A stretch of DNA of 63,943 nt, counting the filler, from Octopus bimaculoides (Eukaryota), in the NCBI RefSeq assembly GCF_001194135.2. It is 6 parts of 6 records of this genome, joined end to end, with 100 filler letters (N's around TTAATTAATTAA, not from the genome) between each part and the next. Parts side by side here need not be neighbours in the genome. Positions count along the whole stretch, not along the records: positions 1 to 16,215 come from NC_068982.1; 5 more parts are not named here. One strand, 5' to 3'. Below are positions 1 to 13,057 of this stretch, in pieces. The position numbers and the translations under genes are program-made. The notes below the pieces were generated by a model. It ran no database searches and was not told where the DNA came from. It saw only the letters and a list, made by a program, of their open reading frames with translations. Position 1 is the first letter of the stretch. The number at the start of each line of letters is the position of its first letter.

Positions 1-256
1 ATTATTAAACATTCAACCATTGGCGATTCTTAGTCGCAGTGCATCCAAATTAATGATTAAAATGGTAAATGAAAACTTTACAAATAGTCTGTTGAAATAA
101 AGACGGTAGCAATTGAGCGTGAGAGAAAATTTGCCACATTATTGCAATATACAGTAGTTTTAAGTTAATTCTATATTGAAAAACACTTAATAGTTAACAA
201 GTTGAAAAAGTTTACCTATAATCAAAAGCACTGAACTGAAGCAAGAAATTATCCAA

Positions 257-328
257 TCCTCGGTAGTATAGTGGTAAGTATCCCCGCCTGTCACGCGGGA
301 GACCGGGGTTCGATTCCCCGCCGAGGAG
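257..328 (+). tRNA. tRNA-Asp (anticodon GTC), intronless
   Basis: 72 nt. Perfect acceptor stem TCCTCGG/CCGAGGA plus discriminator G; anticodon stem CCCGC/GCGGG with loop CTGTCAC; T-loop GGTTCGATTCC; D-arm TAGTATAGTGGTAAGTA. Very close to the canonical metazoan tRNA-Asp. Confidence 0.97.
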
Positions 329-339
329 ATGATAATATG

Positions 340-345
340 TTTTTT
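340..345 (+). terminator. RNA polymerase III oligo-T terminator of tRNA-Asp
   Basis: T6 run 11 nt after the tRNA 3' end, followed by further T runs. Confidence 0.8.
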
Positions 346-704
346 CTTTTCTTTTTTGCTTCCGGATTGTTTGAAAGTACGTATGGCATCAGAAATTTAC
401 TTCCGTTCTCTTAGTCCACTTCGGCACCCCTTACTGCAATTAATATATTTGGTAATTTATGAATCTCACATCATCTTATTTGTTACATACGCACACATAC
501 GCACATAGAAATAAACAAAAGGCTACCTTCAAGTGGAAGACAACTACCGAAGGTTCCGCGCCATGGAAATGAACTCAAGACCACATGGGGATTACATGCG
601 CTAATGAATAAGATGAAATAGTTTTAAAGCTCACCTAGTTCGTTTAGTACCTTAAAGGCAGCTTGGATGCTGTCCCTACTCTGCTTTTCTTTTGTAGTTT
701 TGGT

Positions 705-820
705 CGTAGGCGTGGCTACAGGCACAGGCGTAGTTGTGTAGTAAAAAGCTTGCTTCCAAACTACATGGTTCCGGGTTCAGTCACATTGCGTGGAACCTTG
801 TGTGGAACCTTGGGCAACAC
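705..820 (+). mobile_element. Degenerate 5' part of tRNA-derived SINE (family A)
   Basis: ggcgtagttgtgtagtaaaaagcttgcttcc...catggttccgggttcagtc...gcgtggaaccttgggcaa matches the heads of the full copies at 2131-2533 and 29483-29866. An opposite-strand fragment lies near 520-590. Confidence 0.7.
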
Positions 821-1270
821 CCCATAACTCCGACAATTCGGATTAACTCTCCCCCACCCACCGAGTGGAAATCTCATTAGCTGCAGCCATCTAGTCTATA
901 CCATGGAAGGACCGGATGAGAACGCTACATGTTTTTAGGTACGTTCGTATAGGACACTTGCAGAACGCAACAGTGCAACAGTAACTAGAATATAGACTTT
1001 TCAAAAACGTAGTAGACTGATTTACTAAAGAGAAAAATTTGTTGCTCAGACACAGTTAAACTTATATGATACGTTGGGAACGCAACCATGAATCACTGAA
1101 ATATGTAAACTTAAAGGTACTTCAGCAACGTCATTAAACTAATATAACAAATGATTACCCAAAGAGGCACAATATGTCTTCTATATCTTTACACCTTCAG
1201 TGCAGATATTTACACTTTGTAGATATTGATGCTCACATAAGTTCAGATACGTAACCTGACAATATAGCGA

Positions 1271-1271
1271 T

Positions 1272-1351
<80 letters not shown>

Positions 1352-1388
1352 AAGAAGAAGAACAACAACAACAACAATGATAATAATA
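1271..1388. repeat. Compound trinucleotide microsatellite (AAT)n-(AAG)n-(AAC)n
   Basis: Directly visible. Confidence 0.95.
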
Positions 1389-1646
1389 TTTACAATCAAA
1401 TAGTTACTGCTTGAAATACTAACGAGGCTGTAGTGATCCATAGCTCAAAACGGGATGCCAGAAGTTGTATGTGTATGTGTGTAAGTATATGTGTGCGTGT
1501 ATGCGAGTGTAGATATATGTATACATGTGCATCTATGTGTGTAGGGCGGAGCAGGGTATATATACGTACGTGCATACGCATATGTATGTGGATCGCACAT
1601 GCACGTGCACGTGAGTGTGTGTGTGTATATATGTATATCTATGGGA

Positions 1647-1686
<40 letters not shown>

Positions 1687-1696
1687 NNNNNNNNNN

Positions 1697-1735
<39 letters not shown>

Positions 1736-2130
1736 TATATCAATAAGAAAATGAAGGGGAACATGGTATTCATCAACTTGCAGACATTGTATTGTGTCAA
1801 TTTACCTGTTTATTTGTTTACTAAAAAGGCAATAATAACAATATACAAACACATGCGACATATTATGTCATATCAGTAATTAAAAAAGGACATCTAGTGA
1901 CAGAAAATAGGATAATGACTTACAGCTGTTTCAGTCTAGTGGTGACATGCCTCATTCTATCTATATAACTCCAGTAGGCTGAAGTAATTAATAGATGAAA
2001 TAGAAGTACATGGATGATTCTCTAGGTCTCTTCAGAGATTTTATAAAGTTCACAAGGTTAATTTAAAACATCCAAATATAAAAATATAAAAACCGTAAAA
2101 ACTCACATATATATGCATACTTTAACATAT

Positions 2131-2533
2131 ACTCTTTAACTCTTTAACTTGTTTCAGTCATTTGACTGCGGCCATGTTGGAGCACCGCCTTTAGTCGAGC
2201 AAATCGACCCCAGGACTTATTCTTTGTTAGCCTAGTACTTATTCTATCGGTCTCTTTTGCCGAACCGCTAAGTTACGGGGACGTAAACACACCAGCATCG
2301 GTTGTCAAGCGATGTTGGGGGACAAGACACACAAACATACATACACACACACACACACATATATATACATATATACGACGGGCTTCTTTCAGTTTCCGTC
2401 TGCCAAATCCACTCGCAAGGCTTTGGTCGGCTCGAGGCTATAGTAGAAGACACTTGCCCAAGGTGCCACGCAGTGGGACTGAACCCGAAACCATGTGGTT
2501 TGTAAGCAAGCTACTTACCACACAGCCACTCCT
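2131..2533 (-). mobile_element. Full-length tRNA-derived SINE (family A, octopus OK/OR-like)
   Basis: The minus strand reads ggctgtgtggtaagtagcttgct...ccacatggtttcgggttcagtcccactgcgtggcaccttgggcaagtgtc, then an internal (TA/TG)n tract, then gcggtgctccaacatggccgcagtcaaatgactgaaacaag and a short tandem tail. About ten related copies are in the window. The named family is inference. Confidence 0.85.
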
Positions 2534-3076
2534 ATAGATATACATAAATAAACATAAATACATAAATACATATATGTACATTTAAATGTACATACACAAA
2601 TGATTTTATCTTTAGCAAACAAGAAATAATATTGCAGTTCCCAATCCTCATCAAAACGTCTGTTTTTTTCCTTCAGTATTCTCTTGGCCTTCTATGACAT
2701 GATGGACTGGTAAGCAGACAGAATAAGAAAAACAAATAAATAAAAGATAAATAGATAAATAAAACAAATACGTAGATACGGTCAGGCTGTGCAACTATTC
2801 TCAAATTCCACTTCAAATGAAAAGCAACGTACACCGTTGTCACTCTTTGGTATTTTAAATACTTTCATTGTAAAGTTAAATAAAGTAATAAAAGACGGAC
2901 AAAAACATATTAATAAAAATAAAAGATCTGTTCTGCAAAATTTGGATTCATTTAAAAGGCGACACATAATAGTCTAGAAGGCTGCTGGTTATCCAACCCT
3001 GATCTATTTTTGAATGGGATATGCAAACTGTCAAATTTAGCCTCAACACCTTGTAGGCATGTATGTTATTATTCAG

Positions 3077-3111
<35 letters not shown>

Positions 3112-3787
3112 NNNNNNNNNNNNNNNNNNNNNNNNNNNNNNNNNNNNNNNNNNNNNNNNNNNNNNNNNNNNNNNNNNNNNNNNNNNNNNNNNNNNNNNNN
3201 NNNNNNNNNNNNNNNNNNNNNNNNNNNNNNNNNNNNNNNNNNNNNNNNNNNNNNNNNNNNNNNNNNNNNNNNNNNNNNNNNNNNNNNNNNNNNNNNNNNN
3301 NNNNNNNNNNNNNNNNNNNNNNNNNNNNNNNNNNNNNNNNNNNNNNNNNNNNNNNNNNNNNNNNNNNNNNNNNNNNNNNNNNNNNNNNNNNNNNNNNNNN
3401 NNNNNNNNNNNNNNNNNNNNNNNNNNNNNNNNNNNNNNNNNNNNNNNNNNNNNNNNNNNNNNNNNNNNNNNNNNNNNNNNNNNNNNNNNNNNNNNNNNNN
3501 NNNNNNNNNNNNNNNNNNNNNNNNNNNNNNNNNNNNNNNNNNNNNNNNNNNNNNNNNNNNNNNNNNNNNNNNNNNNNNNNNNNNNNNNNNNNNNNNNNNN
3601 NNNNNNNNNNNNNNNNNNNNNNNNNNNNNNNNNNNNNNNNNNNNNNNNNNNNNNNNNNNNNNNNNNNNNNNNNNNNNNNNNNNNNNNNNNNNNNNNNNNN
3701 NNNNNNNNNNNNNNNNNNNNNNNNNNNNNNNNNNNNNNNNNNNNNNNNNNNNNNNNNNNNNNNNNNNNNNNNNNNNNNNNNNNNNNT

Positions 3788-3935
3788 AGCGGTTCGGCAA
3801 AGGAGCCAGATAGAATAAGTATTAGGCTTACAAAGAATAAATCCTGGGGTCGATTTCTTCGACTAAAACCCTTTAAGGTGGTCCTGCAGCATGACCGCAG
3901 TCAAATGACTGAAACAAGTTAAAGAATAAAAAAGA
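3788..3935 (+). mobile_element. SINE family A 3' part
   Basis: tagcggttcggcaaa...gaccgcagtcaaatgactgaaacaag tail shared with other copies. Confidence 0.8.
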
Positions 3936-4133
3936 ATGTTCAAAATTAGTGAAAAATTAATGAAGTTGTTGGAAATTTGCAGCTTTTCAACTCGTTTTAC
4001 AGTTGCACGTTTGTGTACGTGATTAGCAGTTCTGTTGATTTCATTTCCAAATGTTTTAAGTTGTAACCTTGAAAAGTTGAAGATCTCAGGCCTAGGAGAA
4101 GAAAATAAATTGACAAGTAAATAAACAAATGAA

Positions 4134-4176
<43 letters not shown>

Positions 4177-4355
4177 ATAGTGCAAATTTAATCTGGTAAG
4201 TGAGAATGTTTTTAGATATGACTTCCGTTCCAACTTAAATGTCAAGGCTGGAATCTTGATAGTTTGAAAAAAGAAATTTAGTCTATTTTAGGGAATAAAA
4301 CAGTTGAAATACTTTCAATCGTACACACACACATGCAGACACACACACTTACGCA

Positions 4356-4387
<32 letters not shown>

Positions 4388-4418
4388 CACACACACACGC
4401 ACGCTCACGCACACAGAG

Positions 4419-4498
<80 letters not shown>

Positions 4499-4572
4499 NN
4501 NNNNNNNNNNNNNNNNNNNNNNNNNNNNNNNNNNNNNNNNNNNNNNNNNNNNNNNNNNNNNNNNNNNNNNNN

Positions 4573-4633
<61 letters not shown>

Positions 4634-4730
4634 GTGAGTTTAAAAAAAACGACAAAAAACAACAAAAAACAACAACGCGAGGACGTGATACAGATATTGT
4701 GTTACTGGACGCTCGGGATGCACACACCAG

Positions 4731-4763
<33 letters not shown>

Positions 4764-5752
4764 CACATACACACGCATATATACATATACATTTATAAAC
4801 ATGCATTTACACCCACAAATATTTGTGTATTGTATATATATATATATATATATATATAGTATGTATGTATTATTCACACACATGTGCACACACACGCGCA
4901 CACACAAGCATATATACACACACAACTGTATATGCCTCCAGGCAGGCATGGAGCTTGACGTTGCAGCATACACACATATACAAACTTGCATACACACATA
5001 TACAAACTTGCACGTAAATACAGACTGGCATGATGCTTGATGACGTTTCAATAGCTTAAGCATTGCTTTGAAACTTTTGCTAACCTCGCCTCCCAACCGC
5101 AACACAAAGACACTTAACACTTACGCGTAAAAACAATCTGCAAGTAGGACAGTGAAAATAGCGTAGAATTTTCTAGAATATTCTAAGTGATTCTGCAGAG
5201 TTCTTGACTTAGTTTTCGTGGGTCTAGTTCTTTGTAACCGGCTCTTTAATGGAGAACTTTGAAGAACTGAAAACTGAAAGGTAACAAGGAAAAGGAATAG
5301 CATGCAAAATGTGTGGAAACTTGATGAATACACACACACACACACCTTACTTAATCAATCGATTAAGTAAGCCAAGAATGACCCGTCTTTTTTTGCATGT
5401 CCTTCTTATTTTTGTTTCATTTGTTCACCTTTGTATCGTCTACCTGTCTGAACGTTTTAATGCCCTTTATTGCATTTTTGTTCCATTTATATATTCTCTT
5501 TTACTCTTTTACTTGTTTCAGTCATTTGACTGCGGCCATGCTGGAGCACCGCCTATAATACAAAATGGGACAAGAACGCAAAACATCCAGACAGTTAGGT
5601 GATACAAGAAAGGGACAACAAAACATCCAGATAGACGATACAAAGAAAACAAGGACAGGTCATTCGGAGTTTTCTTTCATCAGTCGCGATCCAGATTATC
5701 TTTGCAATTTCATCTCGTTATTCTCGATATTGCTCCAATCTGGCAATATATA

Positions 5753-5785
<33 letters not shown>

Positions 5786-5803
5786 GTATATATATATATT
5801 TGT

Positions 5804-5834
<31 letters not shown>

Positions 5835-5847
5835 TATGCATATATAT

Positions 5848-5977
5848 GATAGAAACGTTGGCACGCCGGGTGAAATGTTTCGCGGTATTTCGTCTGTCTT
5901 AATGTTCTGAGTTTAAATTCCGCCGAGGTCAGCTTTGTCTTTCATCCTTTTGGGGTCGATAAGTTAAGTACCAGTTG

Positions 5978-5978
<1 letters not shown>
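5848..5978 (+). mobile_element. SINE family B fragment
   Basis: gttggcacgccgggtgaaatg...gttctgagtttaaattccgccgaggtcagctttgtctttcatccttttggggtcgataagttaagtaccag, shared with copies at 39.5-41.8 kb and 59-62.8 kb. Confidence 0.75.
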
Positions 5979-6024
<46 letters not shown>

Positions 6025-6146
6025 GCATATATATATATATATATATCTATTAATAGAAAGGTCAACAAAAGAAAGAAAGAGACCTCGATATTATGTAAAT
6101 AGAGGAATTTATCTGCAAAAATATGTGACACTTATTCGGTAGCCAT

Positions 6147-6208
6147 GATAAAACTCCAAGTTTCGGATGCCGGGGTGGGAACCCACGCCAACATCTCTTC
6201 AGTTATTC
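6147..6208 (-). ncRNA. Type I hammerhead ribozyme-like motif in a PLE pLTR remnant
   Basis: Minus strand: GAATAA-CTGAAGA-[GATGTTGG..GTGGGTTCCCAC..CCGGCATC]C-GAAA-CTTGGAG-TT-TTATC. Both core boxes are present, stems I and II pair, and stem III is tiny and near-palindromic. It lies about 100 nt from a (TA)n tract. Confidence 0.6.
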
Positions 6209-7045
6209 GGCCATTGAAAATTCCTGTGAAAAACATGGAGGCTCGTTAGACCAGAACGAGGGTAAAATAGCGAACACTGGGGAAATATTTTCTTTGACAA
6301 GAGAAAAGATAGAAGAGAAAGACAGATAGGATATGTCCAGCTTCTGTGTGTGTTTGTATGCGTGTGTGTGTGTACCTCTGTCTCCTTGTATGTGCATGTT
6401 TGAGTGTGGCTATTTGTATGGGTTTGTGTGACTATGTACGTGCATCTGTCATGTATTGATGTGTGTCTCCACATGTATCCTTGTGTGTGTGTGAAGCGTG
6501 CGTGTGTGTATATGGTCATGTGTTTTAGTCTTCATTTGTGTATGTATGTGTGTATGTGTGTGCACGTGCTTGCCTGTCCGAATTACGTATGTACCTATCT
6601 ATCTATCACACACACACACACACACGCGCCTACATAACAGCCTACTAACAACTCTACCTGTGTATATATAAAATGTGGGTATTGGAGTATGACTACCTTC
6701 TACGTATATTTCCAATTTAGTACTGGTGATGCTTCATTTATGAGGACGTGCTCTTGTTCTTGTCTGAGTGTCGGGTCCTTCGGGTACTTAGATATAATAC
6801 GAATGTCAAGTTGACCCAGTGTGCCTCCATGTTGGTCTTTGGCATGTCGGTAGAGTATGGAGGACTGTTTTTTGTTGTCATATTATCTCAACTGCCATTT
6901 AGTCTCTCCGCAATGCTTCTAGATGTCTCGCCTATGTATATGATGTTCTTGTCTTTACAAGCACCCTCTATGCACCTTACGTTGTAGACTACATTTCTAA
7001 TTCTACAGTTAATGTCAGCGTTAATCTTACATGCCATGCAGTTGT

Positions 7046-7137
<92 letters not shown>

Positions 7138-8087
7138 NNNNNNNNNNNNNNNNNNNNNNNNNNNNNNNNNNNNNNNNNNNNNNNNNNNNNNNNNNNNNNN
7201 NNNNNNNNNNNNNNNNNNNNNNNNNNNNNNNNNNNNNNNNNNNNNNNNNNNNNNNNNNNNNNNNNNNNNNNNNNNNNNNNNNNNNNNNNNNNNNNNNNNN
7301 NNNNNNNNNNNNNNNNNNNNNNNNNNNNNNNNNNNNNNNNNNNNNNNNNNNNNNNNNNNNNNNNNNNNNNNNNNNNNNNNNNNNNNNNNNNNNNNNNNNN
7401 NNNNNNNNNNNNNNNNNNNNNNNNNNNNNNNNNNNNNNNNNNNNNNNNNNNNNNNNNNNNNNNNNNNNNNNNNNNNNNNNNNNNNNNNNNNNNNNNNNNN
7501 NNNNNNNNNNNNNNNNNNNNNNNNNNNNNNNNNNNNNNNNNNNNNNNNNNNNNNNNNNNNNNNNNNNNNNNNNNNNNNNNNNNNNNNNNNNNNNNNNNNN
7601 NNNNNNNNNNNNNNNNNNNNNNNNNNNNNNNNNNNNNNNNNNNNNNNNNNNNNNNNNNNNNNNNNNNNNNNNNNNNNNNNNNNNNNNNNNNNNNNNNNNN
7701 NNNNNNNNNNNNNNNNNNNNNNNNNNNNNNNNNNNNNNNNNNNNNNNNNNNNNNNNNNNNNNNNNNNNNNNNNNNNNNNNNNNNNNNNNNNNNNNNNNNN
7801 NNNNNNNNNNNNNNNNNNNNNNNNNNNNNNNNNNNNNNNNNNNNNNNNNNNNNNNNNNNNNNNNNNNNNNNNNNNNNNNNNNNNNNNNNNNNNNNNNNNN
7901 NNNNNNNNNNNNNNNNNNNNNNNNNNNNNNNNNNNNNNNNNNNNNNNNNNNNNNNNNNNNNNNNNNNNNNNNNNNNNNNNNNNNNNNNNNNNNNNNNNNN
8001 NNNNNNNNNNNNNNNNNNNNNNNNNNNNNNNNNNNNNNNNNNNNNNNNNNNNNNNNNNNNNNNNNNNNNNNNNNNNNNNNNNNTAAT

Positions 8088-8139
8088 CCCCTAACCCTAA
8101 CTAGACTGTTAACCCTAACCCTAACCCTAACCCTAACTC
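8088..8139 (-). repeat. Interstitial TTAGGG-like repeats within a dispersed repeat
   Basis: ccctaaccctaac...taaccctaaccctaaccctaaccctaactct: about six interrupted units. Confidence 0.8.
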
Positions 8140-9269
8140 TAGAATCCGAACTCTAAAATTGTTACACACATAGATACGCACAGCGTAATTTATTATATAA
8201 ACAATATATGTGTATAAATTACGATTAAACCGGATGAAATATGTCACAGGGAATAACGTTTTTATGACCGCCCAGCAGTAACTCTATTCAGCTGAATAGA
8301 CGTCAGTGATTGGTTGAAATTACAGAAATACGACAACTTTAACATGGAATAACTTGCGATGTACGTTTTTTTGTTAAGAAGACTAAGAGTAAAAGATGTT
8401 TTATATGACACATTCTACCAGTGTCCCAAGTTTCAAAGTGTTTCGTTAGTGTTTCGTTAAGAAAATACTGGTGCCCCCGTTTTGAAATAGATCCTATGTA
8501 TATATGTCTATGTATACACACACACACACATGTTAACACCAGAACAACGTCGTCAAGGGTCTTGGGCAATACCATTAATACGAGTAATTACAGGACATGA
8601 AAGTCCAAAGCACAATCTAAACCAGATCCAAACACGCAAGCACGTGTACATGCGTGCGCATATAAGTTTGTGTGTGTGTGTTCATGGTTGCGCGAATCTC
8701 TCGTATGTCCACACACAAAAATAGTCACAAACATGTATGCATAAACGCATATATTACAGTTATTGCATGGATATATATTAGACCATAATTAATTCTTCAT
8801 GAATACGTATTAAATTATAATATACCCCGGCATGAATATATATTACATGAAATGGGATGTAATATAAATGAAGTGCTTCAATTGGATAATAAGTCGGTTG
8901 AGCAATCAATGTGTGGAAGAGTAGCAGGAGGAGGTAGGGTTAGAAATGTTGTGTGAAAGAAGGCGGCGTCGAATAATAGTAGAGATCGTGTTAGGGGGAA
9001 GGGAGGAGACAAAAAGACATAAATATTATTTGTGCATATATAAATATATAAATGTAAATATATANNNNNNNNNNNNNNNNNNNNNNNNNNNNNNNNNNNN
9101 NNNNNNNNNNNNNNNNNNNNNNNNNNNNNNNNNNNNNNNNNNNNNNNNNNNATATATATAGTGTCTGTGTGTACATGCATTCTTATAGAAACACGTGAGT
9201 ACATATTCTTACTTACATGCACACACATACACACTTACGCACACATAAATATAAAGACAGAGACAGTGG

Positions 9270-9314
<45 letters not shown>

Positions 9315-11379
9315 TCTTTCAAGGACTCGACAATTCAGTTCATATGAACTTAGTTTCTCGTCACGTGGTTTCCTTCAGAGGGTGGGGGATAAAAACATTA
9401 TCACCAAATTTGAAATAAACTTCTTGTATTGAGTACTTTTTCTCCTGTCTGTTGTTGTTAATCATATATTAAATTTTAGAATTAAAAAAAGAATTATCCT
9501 TATACGCACTCGCACAGACACACTTTAATCTATGCATTATCTATCTGTCTATCTATTTATCTATCTGTCTATCTGTCTGTCTGTCTGTCTGTCTGTTAAT
9601 CTATTAATCTATCAATGTTGCTATCAAGCAAACACACATACGTGTGCACATGGTATTCACGGAGATAACAGTTTCAAATAAAGATAAGCCATGCTAAATG
9701 AATTTCAAATGAATAATTAATATAATTAATATAATAACCATTGAAGAGCAAAATAAAACCTAATTTTTCGGCTTTAAATGATTCGTAATCATTTTTCCAA
9801 TTTTAAAAGATAATTTATACATTGATCACGCAGATTCGTACTTCTTTATGTTTCGCTGATGAAGTCCATTGCAGCACCATCACAGACATTAAAAAAAATC
9901 TTTAATCAGGTTGAAATCTGGCTTGAGTACTTACAACAGAGTGAAGTATTCTTACAGTTCCATCAATCCACCGCCTTGGACAACTGTTGTTTTTTTTATC
10001 AATGCAGAAAGGATAAAATTCAAAACTCTCCAGGGTGGGATTCGAACTCAGGACGAAAAAGATAGCACGTAAAATTTGGCATTATAATTGACGTTCCAAC
10101 GACCCTGGAAAGTAATATGTGTTACGTCAAGCGAAACAATTATGTTGTTTTATTTTCTTCATGAGAAAGATCGGTCCCTTTATTTTTCTGTTTATATTTT
10201 TTTAACTGTAGAAGTTCTTAAACGATCGACGGTAAAGTTTTGTGTGAAATTAGTACTGCTGTGTTAAATTAGTACTGCTTTACCACTGTTGTCGCATTTT
10301 TAGTGCAGTCTCACAGAAAATGGTGCGGAGTGAGGAAATCATTAAGCGGAAAACGGTTTCCATTTATATTCAGTGAGATCCTGTACCCTATCAATTCGTT
10401 AACTTACAGACATTTATTTAAGCTGTTAACTTTAATGAAATATACTGGATTTTTATCAGAAATCGAAAGCAAATAGTAGCAATAATAATTTGTGACATTG
10501 GTACAATAGTGTATTTTTGGAGGAGAAGGTTGTAGTCAGCATACTCGAAATACATAAAATAAAGATATAGGAAAGAGAAAGAGAGGATGTGGCGGGTTGG
10601 TTATGTAAATGACAGAGATAAATAGAGAGGGAGAAGGAACTAGGTATAAATAATAGAGAATATATAAAGAATTATAGTAGGTAGTAGGCTGAATGTGTTT
10701 ATAGATGTCAACGAAGGAGATTGTGAAATGAAAAGCTAGAACATGTATTGCACCTAACTAAAGAAAATTCTTTAGTCTGACACATCTTGGCAGAAGTTTC
10801 CAACAAAAGTCACAATGTAATATCTAGTTTGAAACTCGCATTAATATTGCCCCAGTTTTGTCTATTTAATGTTTTTCATTTATCTTTCATCAAATTTTGT
10901 AACCATACACTGAAAGTTCTACCAGAATTCTACGGACTGTCTTTTGTTTTTCCTTCAAATAATAAATGGATTAAATATAATATAATAGCTTTATCAGATA
11001 CTAATCCTCTTTCTTTTCTTATGATCTAATCCCTTGCTCAGTGATTTAAAAAGAAATTCACAGACACACGTTATCACACGAGCCTCTGTGTGGCTGTATA
11101 ACCCGCTGGACAACTCAAAGGTAGTTAAAAATGAGCATTAAAGAAATTCCAGTATTTTCCGTCTTTACATTCGCCTGTCTGGAGATGGCTATTGATGTTA
11201 CTGTTGTTGAGAAACTTGGTTTGATTGTTTGAATAGATTTTCGTAGGGAGATTAGCTTAATGAAAGTTTGATATCGGAGTTTTATACTGAATACTGGTGT
11301 CGTTGTCGTCGTCGTCCTACTCGTCCTTTTCATCCTCTTTCTCCTCAAAATGACGACGACGACGATGACCCCCCCCCCC

Positions 11380-11620
11380 ACCGGTTACCCGGTTTCCATG
11401 GTGTATAAATAAGTGACTAAAATAAGAATACTCTCATTGAACAAGGCATCAGTCCGTCGCAGGGTTACTCATTTACAGCTGAATAGACAAGAGCAATGTG
11501 AAATGAAGTGCTTTGCTCAAGAAGACAATGTTCCGTCCGGTCCAGGAATCGAAAGAACAGTCTTGTGATTACGAGTGCAACATGCTAGCCACTAGGGAGC
11601 ACTTCTACACAGTTAACTTG
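11380..11620 (-). mobile_element. tRNA-derived SINE of a further family, degenerate
   Basis: Minus strand has a tRNA-like head (tagtggctagcatgttgcactcgtaatcacaagactgttctttcgattcctggacc) followed by a ttgtcttcttgagcaaagcactt core typical of metazoan SINEs. Confidence 0.6.
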
Positions 11621-11649
11621 TGATTATTTTCCTTCAGTACAAAGAGTAA

Positions 11650-12150
11650 CTCAAGCTCAGCTCTTATACAGTCATCCCTTTTCTTGCATTGGTTTGTCTG
11701 ACATGGTGCTTATTTGAAGCTTGGTTTTTTTGAGCCAGTCAAGTATTTTTTTAATTGTAATGAGAAGGAGGTTGTATCTATGGTTTTTATAAACCTTCTG
11801 AAAGTAGTGAGACCTGTACAGATTATGGTCAATTTAAATAGCAGTTAGGTAACATAGAAAAATCGTGGTGGAGCAGAATAATTTTTAAAGATTATCACTC
11901 TGGAGACTAAAGATTGATAAACGTGATTAATGCAAGGCCTAGGGAGTGCAAGATCAATATGTGTAAAGATCAGAGGGAAATGGGAGGAGTAGGAGTAGGA
12001 GGAATGAGTGTATTAGGTATATCTGGGTTGAGGTAGTATGCAACTATTGTGGTCAAGAAGTAAAGGCATTGAAGTAGTGACGGGGTGCTGAAAAGTTCTT
12101 GACTTTAAAGGTTGGAGGCCCGACTTTCCAAGTTCTTTTACAGGACTTAG
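11650..12150 (-). mobile_element. Possible decayed CR1/L2-type LINE fragment (end of APE domain)
   Basis: Minus frame gives TFRRFIKTIDTTSFSLQL (11753-11806), resembling the RxxKxIDxxxFxxxL segment that follows the APE domain. Many stop codons. Confidence 0.3.
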
Positions 12151-12973
12151 AAAAACGTGAAGGATCGCTGCAATAAGTGTGTGAATTCTGAGAGGGGAAT
12201 ATGTTGAATAAAATCATGATAAATTGATCATCCTGTATTTTCTTTTACCCAAAGCCAGTAACGTTTCAGCGGCTCCTCGTAGGTGATGTGTTTACCATGT
12301 TGTCAGTCTGGTTTAGAATGGACAGCCACATCCTGATCACTAGTGTAGCGAGACTGGGGGTTACTATGGGCAGTCATCGCTCTCAGGCAACGCTTTTATT
12401 ATGGCTGCACTTTCGGGTATTCTGTATAAGCCTGTAGAAACTGGTGGGGGGACGTAAAACTCAAAGGCTGCCCCGGGTGGTAAACATTCTAGCTACACCA
12501 CCGGTCCTAATAAACCCTGAGCACCACAAAGCTATACTGTGCCGAATTGAAGGTAAGGAGACAAGAGACATGAAATTCATGTTTGGGGGTGCAAAAGACA
12601 CATTTGCTATAGACTTGGTAATGAAATCAACTGGAGGACTTTATAATTTCAGTAGCAGCAAAAGTCAAGAAAAGAGGACAGTAGAAGAATCATTGACAAC
12701 AAGTCTTTAAAAAATTTACCTGTTCCAAGAAACTATCAGTCGGTGCACTTGAATTTCTAGAGAACAAATCCAGAAGCAGACCAGGAGGCCGAAGGGCTCT
12801 CCGATCCCGCCCTTGTCCTCGAATGGCCAGTGGTAAAGTTGTCGTGTAGATGGAGGAGTTTCGTCCACAGCGTCTTTGTCGCTGAATTATTCCTCTCTGA
12901 CAATCTCTTCTGGTTTTAATCTCTCTTTCACTCTTTCTACATGCTCGTCGATCGGTCTGTGTATATGTTAATT

Positions 12974-13057
<84 letters not shown>

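Noticed and set aside
1917-1958. Minus-strand GAAA-CAGCTG-TA-AGTC, a perfect hammerhead 3' half
   Set aside because: The upstream box reads AGAATGA instead of CTGANGA and stems I/II do not pair. At most a dead remnant.
5655-5690. Minus-strand CTGATGA followed by GAATGAC
   Set aside because: No GAAA/UH geometry or stem I pairing could be built.
9845-9935. CTGATGA...GAAA on plus
   Set aside because: Stem I and stem III do not pair; chance match.
12444-12710. 88-aa ORF MGGRKTQRLP...
   Set aside because: No recognisable domain or splice signals; probably the antisense of a decayed repeat.
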